A stretch of DNA of 63,999 nucleotides, the filler included, from Kipferlia bialata (lineage: Eukaryota): NCBI GenBank assembly GCA_003568945.1. It is 5 parts of 5 records of this genome, joined end to end, with 100 filler letters (N's around TTAATTAATTAA, not from the genome) between each part and the next. Parts side by side here need not be neighbours in the genome. Positions count along the whole stretch, not along the records: positions 1 to 16,024 come from BDIP01000641.1; positions 16,125 to 32,140 come from BDIP01000643.1; 3 more parts are not named here. One strand, 5' to 3'. The notes under the pieces are model-generated. The model did no database searches. It was not told the origin of the DNA and saw only the letters and a program-made list of their open reading frames with translations. Positions 15,556-26,892 of the stretch are shown here, in pieces. Both the position numbers and the translations under genes were made by a program. Numbering within the stretch: position 1 is the first letter of the stretch; each line of letters starts with the position of its first letter.

Positions 15556-15557
<2 letters not shown>
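7689..15557 (+). CDS. About 22-exon gene for a secreted/surface protein with an N-terminal signal peptide; resembles marine-phage virion/structural proteins
   Basis: Exon 1 (7689-7802) MHTLSVCLALACVLACCVCA-FNDAGPCIHALADGELKK; exon 2 (8291-8338) GDAVIVNPDGTVSSVQ. Final exons 14373-14488, 14811-14849, 15145-15215 and 15431-15557 give ...HESTNLTKSNLVGMADGNYSHGQLVTVNTIGATNDGQWALTAGERYCVTESGDLSVISDD...TGRAITSNQMLITL*. Gene structure is well supported; the phage resemblance is recalled, not searched. Confidence 0.7.
8346..8660. repeat. Degenerate (TA)n/(TG)n intronic microsatellite, representative of intron filler throughout the window
   Basis: About 300 nt of tatatatg-type repeats; similar (TA)n, (TC)n, (GA)n and poly-C tracts occur in nearly every intron. 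Confidence 0.9.
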
Positions 15558-15594
<37 letters not shown>

Positions 15595-16024
15595 CAGGGC
15601 CATCACATCTAACCAGATGCTGGTGACACTCTAGATATCTATATATTCATATTGAGAGAGAGAAAGAGAGGGAGATGGGGAATAGTGACATGTAATTCAG
15701 GGTTAGTACCGTGCCATAACTCCACCTCTTCGTTGTGGAAGTGATGAGTACTTAACTGTAGACAGGGTCTTGCAACAGACACTTGACTAAAGGCAGACAC
15801 AGAAGTATTGAGGCAATGAGGGGGATGTTACCATATGCTTCTCACTGTGACTCACTCCCTTGAATATATATAGTATACGTGGGAGAGTCTTCCCACTGCA
15901 GGTGGGTCACAGAGTGTGACCGTCTTAAGTCACATTCGTCAAGATGTACTATGTACGCTCATCCAGCTAGTGGTACATTGAAATGAATCATATGTGTATC
16001 ACGGACCGAGTTGGTGAAACCTAT

Positions 16025-16124
16025 NNNNNNNNNNNNNNNNNNNNNNNNNNNNNNNNNNNNNNNNNNNNTTAATTAATTAANNNNNNNNNNNNNNNNNNNN
16101 NNNNNNNNNNNNNNNNNNNNNNNN
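16025..16124. other. Artificial scaffold linker (N44-TTAATTAATTAA-N44)
   Basis: TTAATTAATTAA (stop in all six frames) at 16069-16080, flanked by 44 N each side; identical linkers recur three more times. Confidence 0.97.
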
Positions 16125-16180
<56 letters not shown>

Positions 16181-16289
16181 ACTTACCCTATAAGTCATTG
16201 ATGGCTCTGCCCCCCCCTGATGTGGAGAAATATATGCATATATAAATGCGTATATATTTCATCTTTTGGCTCTCTTCTTATATCCCTAG

Positions 16290-16914
16290 GTCATTGATGG
16301 CACTGCCCCCCCTGATGCAGAGACATCTAGCATACTGGACAGTCACTTGTATTGGGTAATAGAGGGACCAGGTACATATGTATACATATATATATATATA
16401 CTATTCGATATATATATATATAGTGAATGGATATCTATGTGTGTGAGCATACATGTATAGTGGACAGTCACTTGTATTGGGCCTCAGCTTGACCGGGTAC
16501 ATATATATGTATATATACTATTCGATATAGATATATATATATACTATACTACTAACTGTATACACTATATATACATATATGTATTACCTGAGATGAGTCA
16601 GAGGAGGAACATGTACTGTTACTAACTTCGCCATCATAAATATCATAAATATCATAAGTATACTAACTAATAAATGTATACTAACTTATAAATTTACGTA
16701 TACTAACTAGATACCTCTCTCGCTGTGTAACTCTTCCGCTGTCTACTAACCCCACCACGTAACCTCCTGGTCCTTCCCGCATCTCTCTCTCTCTCCCCTC
16801 TCCTCCTTACACCCAGTGCGTATCCTCCTCATCCAGGCCAATGGGGTCACAGGATCAGGTATATATATACGTATATACATATATATTCACATACACATTA
16901 ACTATATATACCTA

Positions 16915-16951
<37 letters not shown>

Positions 16952-17694
16952 ACCCAATGGTCCTGGCCAACGGGGTCACAGGGTCAGGTACTGAATAATT
17001 AGCATATATATATGTACTATATACTGTATATGTATACTATATACCACCATATATATGTGTTTCCTCCTTGTCCTGGTCAATGGATACACAGGGTCAGGTA
17101 TGTGTATGCATACATCTATATATACGTTATATATCAGTATTTATGTATATTATATAAATATATATATATATATACTTATAGTATCATACACATATACATA
17201 TAGGAATTAAATATTGTGTGTATATAACAAATGGAGTCACGGAGTCAGGTAAAGATATATATATATATATACTCTGTAAGTTCTCTATATTTGTCCATGT
17301 GTATGATTACACTTGATGTGTACTATGATTTCCAGTGTCTCTCTGTCTTAGGATTCTGTGGTGGGTAGAGTATAAACTCTGTATATACTGTAAATGTATA
17401 GTATGTATATTATACAGTCTAGGCAAGAACAATCCACTTTGCCTATCTTACAAACTCTCTCTGTGTATGCACTTACTTATACTTTACCCTTCCTCGATAT
17501 ATACATATATATATATATATATGTATGTATGTATATACTCTCACTCTCTAGGCAAGACATTCACTGTACAGCACGTGGTGCGTAGAGTGCTCAGGCACCT
17601 GGAAGAGGAGAGAGACCGCCTTATCAGCTCAGGTAGGACCATTTACTATCTCTCTCTCCCTCTCTCTCTATATATATATACATATACATATATC

Positions 17695-17725
<31 letters not shown>

Positions 17726-17994
17726 TATCAGAGTACTCAGCCACCTGGAAGAGGAGAGAGGCAGACTCATCAGCTCAGGTTTGAGAGTATTGTATTGTGT
17801 GTTCTAGTTATGTATTGTGTACGTGGCTCCTAGTTCTCTTCCAATGCTAGGTGTCACTACCTCTGTATACACATTCGGCCTCTCTGTCTCTCTCTCTCTC
17901 TGTCTCTCTCTCTCTGTCTCTCGGCCTCTTTCTCTCCCTTCCATTTGTCTTTGGATATGTGAGAGATGTGTCTATAAGCCTTTGTGCACATATA

Positions 17995-18032
<38 letters not shown>

Positions 18033-19304
18033 CTTCACATAACTATCGACTCATCCAGGTCAACACGCCTCTGTGTACACATACTGCCTTGAGTTCAGGG
18101 CCACAGTCAAGAGGAAGACCCACGGGGAGTACGGTTATGTATATAGATAGATTTGTATATATGTAGAGGGGGAGAGAGAGAGAGAGAGGAAGAGCCACAG
18201 TCAAGAGGAAGACCCACGGGGAGTACGTACCCATATCAGTATGTATTCATTAGATATAGAATAGTGTATGAACATCCGTATTTACATAGACACAATCTAA
18301 TATAACTACAGGTACACCTGTGGTAAGATGCCGTGCTACAGACTGTCGATATATGTATATTCATTAAATACCATATAGATGATATTGTATATATGAATAT
18401 GTATCATGTCTAATACAGGTACACCTGTGGCAGATGCAGTGCTACGGACTGGATGCAGACACACACTAATGCATATATATATATACATACATATAAATAT
18501 GTATATGTATATATTCATCTATTCCCTAACCTGTAGGTACACCTGTGGCAAGATGCAGTGCTACAGACTGGATGCAGACACCAAGGCAGAGAGGGACAAG
18601 GTCTTGGAGCCAATGCTGTACGTGACAATGATATTAATGCATATACATAGGGGGAGAGAGAGAGAGAGAGATGCAGACACCAAGGCAGAGAGGGACAAGG
18701 TCTTGGAGCCAAGACTGTACGTGTATATTGCTAAATGTAGAGAGAGATTAGTTTCCTGCTCCATTACTCTGTCACCTTCTGATGTATATAATGTATATAC
18801 GTATATACTATAGTATTGTTACTGTTCATGCCTATATATGTCTTACTGACCATAGCACACGCCCCCCTTCCTTTGGCAGCACTGTTAGTGTCACGCCAAG
18901 GGAGATGGGGACAGCACAAGGGGCATATGAGGCATATATGGTATGTATGTATATATGTGAGACTAAGGAAGAGAGAGAGAGAGACAATGGGAGATGGGGA
19001 CAGCACAGGAGGCATATGAGGCCTTTATGGTGAGTTCTTCAATATATATATACATACCTGCTTGGGTTTGTATGAATTGAGGGGGGAGAGTCTGCATTTA
19101 TGGTATGGACCCATGTATACCTATGTGGATATATAGTATCACTCTCTTTCTGACTGATACATATAGGCCCTCACCCGTATCACCAAATGCATCTATATAC
19201 ATGGATTCATATACATATATACACTTATCTTGGTATATATGTATACATTTATATATATACTTATATATAGGCCCTCCCCCGTATCACCCTGGCCACCAAG
19301 TATA

Positions 19305-19346
<42 letters not shown>

Positions 19347-22300
19347 ATAGGCACTTCCTAGGATCACCCTTGCCACCAAGGGCAACCCGACCAGTTCTAG
19401 GAGCCATGCAGCCATATGTGCCACACTCACTGTGGTATGCATGCATAGTATATAGTATACTATATACTGTATGTATGTATATAGTATATATAGTATATAT
19501 AGTATATATAGTATATATAGTATATATTTACTATACTATGCAGCCATATGTGCCACACTCACTGTGGTATGCATGCATAGTATATGTACTCCTCTACGTT
19601 ACCATTAGTCACGCTTAGTCACCATGGCATACATGCATAGTATATAGTTCACTGTATATGCATTGAATATTCACCATGGTATACATGCAAAGTGTATGTA
19701 TAGTATACTAAATGTATTCTATATACTATGTTACCACCGATGTCACGCTCACAATGTCATACATATATGAGTGAGTATATAATTATTACCACGTAAATAT
19801 CTCACCCCAGGGAGAGGGGAAGGCACGGAGAGAGGTGGCGAGTGTCATGCTGGTGGACATGGCAGGTTAGACAAAAGAGGGTATATATGTATATAGAAAT
19901 ACTTANNNNNNNNNNNNNNNNNNNNNNNNNNNNNNNNNNNNNNNNNNNNNNNNNNNNNNNNNNNNNNNNNNNNNNNNNNNNNNNNNNNNNNNNNNNNNNN
20001 NNNNNNNNNNNACTGTATCTATGAGAGAGGTGGCGAGTGTCATGATGGTGGACATGGCAGGTGAGAGAGAGGCATTAATACTATATATATGTATAGTATA
20101 TAGTATGTTAATCTATATTGTCTATATTAATACATCTATGAGGGAGGTGGCGAGTGTCATGATGGTGGACATGGCAGGTGAGAGAGAGGGATTAATACTA
20201 TATTTATATATAGTATATAGTATGTTATACTATATTGTATATATTAATATATCTAGGAGGGAGGTGGCGAGTGTCATGATGGTGGACATGGCAGGTATGT
20301 GATATATGTATGTATATATACATACACTCTATACTATTCTCTACTCTACTATATGGATATGTATATGGATATGGATATGTATATGATATCGGTGGCCAGT
20401 GTCATGATGGTGGACATGGCAGGTATACATAGATATACATATATATATACATAGGTTGATGAGTCTAGTGTATATGTGTGTCTTGTATATATAGTGTATA
20501 TGTATATGACAGAAGTTGTCAATGTGATGATTGTGGAAATGGCAGGTGATGCTACTAGGAGTACATATGCACTATATAGTATACACACATATGGTGCATA
20601 CATATGGGTACATACACAGCCGCACATGGTTGATATGGCAGGTGAGGCTACAAGGAGTATATAAACTCACTATATAGTATGAATGTATGTACCTATGTAC
20701 CTATATATATATGTGTGTGTGTGTGTGTTGTGCTTGTGGACATGGAAGGTGAGACTAGAAAGAGTGTATGGGGTAGATATTCCTATGTTAAGATTCATAA
20801 TATTACATACTGCTTGCTACTCATATGCACTTTTTTCGTATATGAATTGTTTCTGACTCGAGGCCGTGAGTCCTTCAACGCTGACTCATATACTATTGAT
20901 TTGTGTGTGCGGGTATGCTTACCTCAGGCAGTGAGCCCTTTGACTATGACGCCGACCCTAAGCTGAGAGCACAGGTGGGTACTTATGTACATATATACAC
21001 ACATACACACACAAATATTTGGTATGTATACTATACATTTGATACTGATATATTTGATACTGATACTGATATATATACTTATGCAAAGGACAAGGCCATC
21101 AACTCTGACCAGACTGCATATATGCGTATATGATAATACCTAAGATTATATATATATGTTTATACACTAACGTGTGGGCCACTAATTAGATCATATATAT
21201 ATATATATGTATATATACTTACGTATAGGGCAAGGCCATCAACTCCGACCAGACTGCATTCAAGAGTCACATGACAGACCTGCTCAGAGAGAACAAGGCA
21301 GGGAGGAATGCACTCAGGTATCACTAGTATGTATATATATTTAGAGAAAGAGAGAGAGAGAGAGAGACACGAGGCACTGCAGGATGAGAGAGAGAGAGAG
21401 AGACAACAAGGCAGGGAGGAATGCACTCAGGTATCACTAGTATATATAATATGTATTATAGTGTACACTCACTTATGGATAGTATATAAATATATATAGA
21501 GAGAGAGAGAGTGTGTCGCATGACAGACCTGCTCAGAGAGAACAAGGCAGGGAGGACTGCACTCAGGTATCACTAGTATATACAATATATATTATAGTGT
21601 ACACTCACTTATGTATAGTATATATACAGAGAGAGAGAGAGAGAGAGAGAGTCACATGACAGACCTGCTCAGAGACAACAAGGCAGGGAGGACTGCAATG
21701 AGGTGTATAGTATATTATATATATATACATGTACTATATGTATTAGATATGTATATACTCAGACATATATATATATAGAGAGAGAGAGAGTTGCATGACA
21801 GACCGGCTCAGAGACAACAAGGCAGGGAGGACTGCAATGAGGTATATAATACATGTATACAGTGTATTAGTATGTATGTATATATAGTACTGTCACTATC
21901 TATAATGTATGTATATATATATAGATATATATTGGACTGCGTATTAATATGGAACATATTAACACCAGGGGCTCTGAGCTCCTGAAGGTCATCTCCCCCT
22001 ACTTTAGTGGTGACCCTAGACACCCTGAGGTACATATACCAATATAATATATATATATATATATATAAGTGTGTATATATATATACACTCAGTCCTAATC
22101 CTCAGGCCAGGGTGGTGCTGATAGGGTGTGTGTATGGACACCCGGACCAGTACAACAACGCTAAGGTACTGATATATGTGTATACACATATATCAGGTAT
22201 ATACTCTGTATACTCTATATACTATTACGCGTCGGGTGTGTGTATGGATATCAGGACCAGTGCAACAACGCGAAAGTTACTTTTGGATGTAGGGTTTATG

Positions 22301-25300
22301 CTACTGTATATATATTTGTGCTGATATGGTGTGTGTATGGTCACCGGGACCATAACACTCTGGTAAGTGTACTACAGTGTGTAACATACTGGTGATATGA
22401 TGTGATTATTGTATGGACAGTTCAACCAGGCAAGGTGTACATATATGAGTAGGTATCGTAACATACTCCCAGCTTAGAACACCCTTGAGTTCATCAGCCG
22501 TAGGCTTTTGTCTCTCTCCCCCCCCCCCTCTATATCTCTATATCTCTCTCTATATATATGTACATATCTTACCCCCAGAACACCCTTGAGTTCATCAGCC
22601 GCAGCAGGGGCATCAATCCACAGACAGTCTCAAAGTGAGTGGCAATATATGTATAATCTATATATTAGATTATACATATGTATTTGATATATGTTTGTGT
22701 ATATATCATGTTTCATTGGAACTATATGTGTCATACTAGAATAGTGTATCAAACACCTGTCCTAGTCTCATCATCGACTGCCTTCCAAACTATATGCTGC
22801 TCCTATTTACTATTCGATACACATATACTACCTGAGGCGTTTATGTCCTATTTGGTGTCAAAAATAAAAGAACAGTATCACTTATACCGATCTACAGGGC
22901 GTATGCCTCTATAACAATCTTCTCAGAATATATGTATGCATGTATATCATTGACTGACCCCTGGGTATATGCCGCCACTGACCGTATCTCTGCCTCTCTC
23001 TCTATATATATAAGTATATCTCTCTCTATATATTTATATATATTAGTATGTATGTGTTCACGTGTATATTCTTCTGAACCCAGGGCATGTGCCGCCACTC
23101 AGCGTGTCTTTCTCACCATATATACATAGATATCTGCATATATATAGAGAGAGAGTATGTCTAACCCCAGGGCAACAGCCATCACTCAGCGTATCTCTAG
23201 GGATGCACACCGTCCTTACTACGGGAGTCCTACCCTGAACAAGCTGAGAGGTATGCATCGCTTACACGATATCCCCACACTCTACGTATTCAAATTGTAC
23301 ATATATGAATTAGTGTTTGGTGTACATAAACACACACACACACACACACTCTTCACATGAATGTATATATACAGGTGTAGTATAGTATAGTATATATATA
23401 GTAGTATATGTACCACAATACTCATTGTGGTGGGGAAGCCAAGATGGCCCAGAGGACGGCTACTATTATTATATTATATTTATATATATTATACGTGTAG
23501 AGTTGTTTGTATATATAGTATATTGTGTATATAGTGTAGCACGTGTAGTATATACCCTTACTCCCAGCCAATATGGCCCAGAGGACGGACTTCACTACAT
23601 ATATATGTATACATTCATAGTATAGAGGTATATTGTATATAGTATATATAGTATATATAGTATATATATAGTATATATATAGTATATATTGTCTATATTT
23701 AGCAATATACTCACTGTAGCCAAGATGGCCCAGAGGACGGAAAGGGCTACTAGGCGGCTGCAGCAGGCTGAGAGAGAGGGAGAGAGAGAGATGGAGCTGG
23801 AGGAGTTTGACACTGAGACTGACACCATCAGCATATCAGTGGATAGGGAGGCACTGCAGAACATAGAGAGGTACAATGATTACATATATTCAGATGTCAG
23901 TATATATATATGTATGTATGTATGTATGTGTGTATGTATATTTACACTATAACTGGGGGTCTATGTCCTTGATTTGGGAGAGATACAGTCATTGCATGAA
24001 TATTCGTCAAGTGCGGGCTACTGACTTCTCTTGACGTCTTTATACCTCTATTGACTTCTCTTGACTCTCAGGGAGATCACTGAACTGGCCGTACAGGTGC
24101 AGATACTGTCCCAGACAAGAACAGGTGTGTACATATACCGTTGATTATTAGTATGGTATTAATGCATAATTGTGTATATAGCAACAAATGTTCTACTTAG
24201 ACAAGCAGTCGGACTCTGCCGCCAAGGACAGTCTCATATTATATATATTTTGTGTATTTGTTATACTATATATACGTATATAATTATATATATGTATATA
24301 CTGACTCACTCTTAGAGATGCAGTCTGAGTCAGCTGACAAGGATAGTCGCATTGTAGACCTCAAGGCGCAGCTGGAGGAGCAGAGGCAGAGCATTGAAGA
24401 GTACCGGGATAAGGAGGACAGGTATATGTTTCTATTAGTGTATTAACATAGGTACTCCACATATATACGACCTGAGTATTAGTAACTACTCACCCTAGGG
24501 ACCGTCAGGCTCTGGATGCTGCCAACACCCTTGCTCTAGAGGCCAGAGCAGAGGCAGCCAAGTGGAGGGAGAGACTCGACACCACAAGGTAATATACTAT
24601 GCTGTTCATTGTGATATACTAGGTGTATATAGTACAGTAATTATCAAGTGGAGGGAGAGACTCGACACCACAAGGTAGGAGACTCCGCACTGAGGAGGCA
24701 ATACTATTTCGTGGCATATACTGGGTGTATATGGTATAGTATAGTATAGTTATTATAGTGCCAAGTGGAGGGAGAGACTAGATAGCTTGAGGTGAGGATA
24801 TGCAATACAAATGATTATCATGTGCTTTGTATGGAGATAGTAGACTTGTAATACTAGGTGTGTATACAGTGGTCTGTTTGAGTATAGTTGTCTTACCCCT
24901 AGGGACAAGCTAGACAGGGCTACCGACAGGGCTATGGAGGCGGAGGATAGGGCAGGTACGGAAAGAATATGAATATATGTGTATATATGAATCACTGTAT
25001 ATATAGAGAATATAGCATGGCGTATGCTCTGGATAGGGCTGGGGAGGCGGAGGAGAGGGCAGGTTCGGATTGTATGAGGATATGTATATATCTATGTATG
25101 TCCAATATTCTAATCCAGCTGAGTACACCGCCACCATATCCTGTCTCCAGCAGTCACTCAGAGAGGCAGAGAGGGAGAGAGAGAGGGAGAGAGAGACTGC
25201 ACTTAGAGAGGCAGAGAGAGAGAGAGAGACTGCAGTCAGAGAGACAGAGAGGGAGAGAGAGACTGCTCTGAGAGAGGCAGAGAGGGAGAGAGAGACTGCC

Positions 25301-26857
25301 GTACAGCTGAGAGAGGAAATGGAGGCTAGACTGCAGGAGCACAAAGGTAATACCACTCAGTCTTACCGTCTATTCATCTTGCATACTATTATATATATCC
25401 CTTCTATCCCCAGCCCGGATTGAGCACCTCCAGTCCCAGCTCTCTATCTCAGATTCTAATAGNNNNNNNNNNNNNNNNNNNCCTCCAGTCCCAGCTCTCT
25501 ATCTCAGATTCTAATAGTGTAAATAATGTATATATATACTATATGGTGTGTATGGTATATCTCTTTCTAACCCCAGCCCGGATTGAGCACCTCCAGTCCC
25601 AGCAGACCTCGTCTGACACTGCTATGGCAGAAGCAAGGGAGGCTGCACAGGCCAGGGCTCTAGAGTATGCTGAGACTATAGCTGTAGCTGAGACACAGGC
25701 AGACCACGCTAGAGTGAGGTACGCAGAGCTAGAGGCTGTCCTGAGAGGGGAGAGAGAGCAGCTTGCTGAAGTGAGGGCTGCCGCAGAGGCCAGGGCTGAA
25801 GCGGATGCTAGGGCTCTAGCTGAGGCCAAGTGTGCCGCAGAGACCCAGGCAGAGGATGCCAGTGTGAGGTACTCAATTAGCTATATATATATATATATTT
25901 ATACACTTATACTGATGCTGATACTGTTAGGTACGCAGAGCTAGAGGCTGTCCTGACAGAAGAGAGGGAGCAGAGAGAGAGAGAGAGAGACAGCGTCCTG
26001 ACAGGGGAGAGGGAGCTGCTTGCAGAAGTGAGGACTGCTGCAGAGACACAGGCAGAGCAGGCTAGTGAGAGGTACTTATATAGTGTTATACAGTGTTATA
26101 GTGTTATACAGTGTTATACAATTACATTCCTATAGTGATAGATAATTGAGAACATATGTTGTATGTAGATACTCATACTGCCACTGACACTGTTAGGTAC
26201 TCTCAGCTTGAGGCTCTCCTGGCTGAGGCCACGGCAGCTGCTGAGAGACAGGAAGAGCAGGCTAGTGCGAGGTACGCAGAGCTAGAGGCTGTTCTAGCAG
26301 AGAAGAGGGAGCAGCTGCAGAGATCAGAGACGGCGAGAGAGAGAGAGAGGGAGCAGTTGCAGGTGGTACGCTCAGAGAAGAGTCAGCTGGAGTCTCAGTG
26401 CAAGGAGCTGGGAGTTCTAGTGGACAGCCTGAGATCAGAAGCAGAGAGAGAGAGAGAGATCCAGCAGATGGAGGAGGAGAACACCGGTCTCAAGCAACAG
26501 CTAGGTAAGAGTTGTACATTTGTAGTCTCTACCTCTCTGTGAGTAGCTACTGTCTCTAATCATTCTCTCTGTTTCTAACCCCAGCTGAGTCACAGTCCCT
26601 GCTGGCTGAGTTGCAGTCATCCCTCACATTGTCCAAGGAGGTCGCTCTAGGTAGGAAGAGATGTACATATATAGTCTACCCCAGCGTGAGTGGCTACTTA
26701 CGATGATCTCTCTCTAACAGCCGCTGAGTCTTTGGTCAATTGTTGCCACCTCTCTCTGTCAATGTATGCATCTAAGTGTATAACGTGATAGTGTATAAGC
26801 GTATGTGTGTATACATACCATCTGAACTGAGTGTAGGCCTTTGGGCACTGGTTATGA

Positions 26858-26892
<35 letters not shown>

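Noticed and set aside
16069..16080. Palindromic TTAATTAATTAA repeated four times in the window
   Set aside because: Always centred in exactly 44+44 N. It is an artificial six-frame-stop linker, so gene adjacency across linkers has no biological meaning.
25413..25520. Duplicate ctccagtcccagctctctatctcagattctaatag around a 20-N gap
   Set aside because: Gap-flanking overlap artefact is likely.
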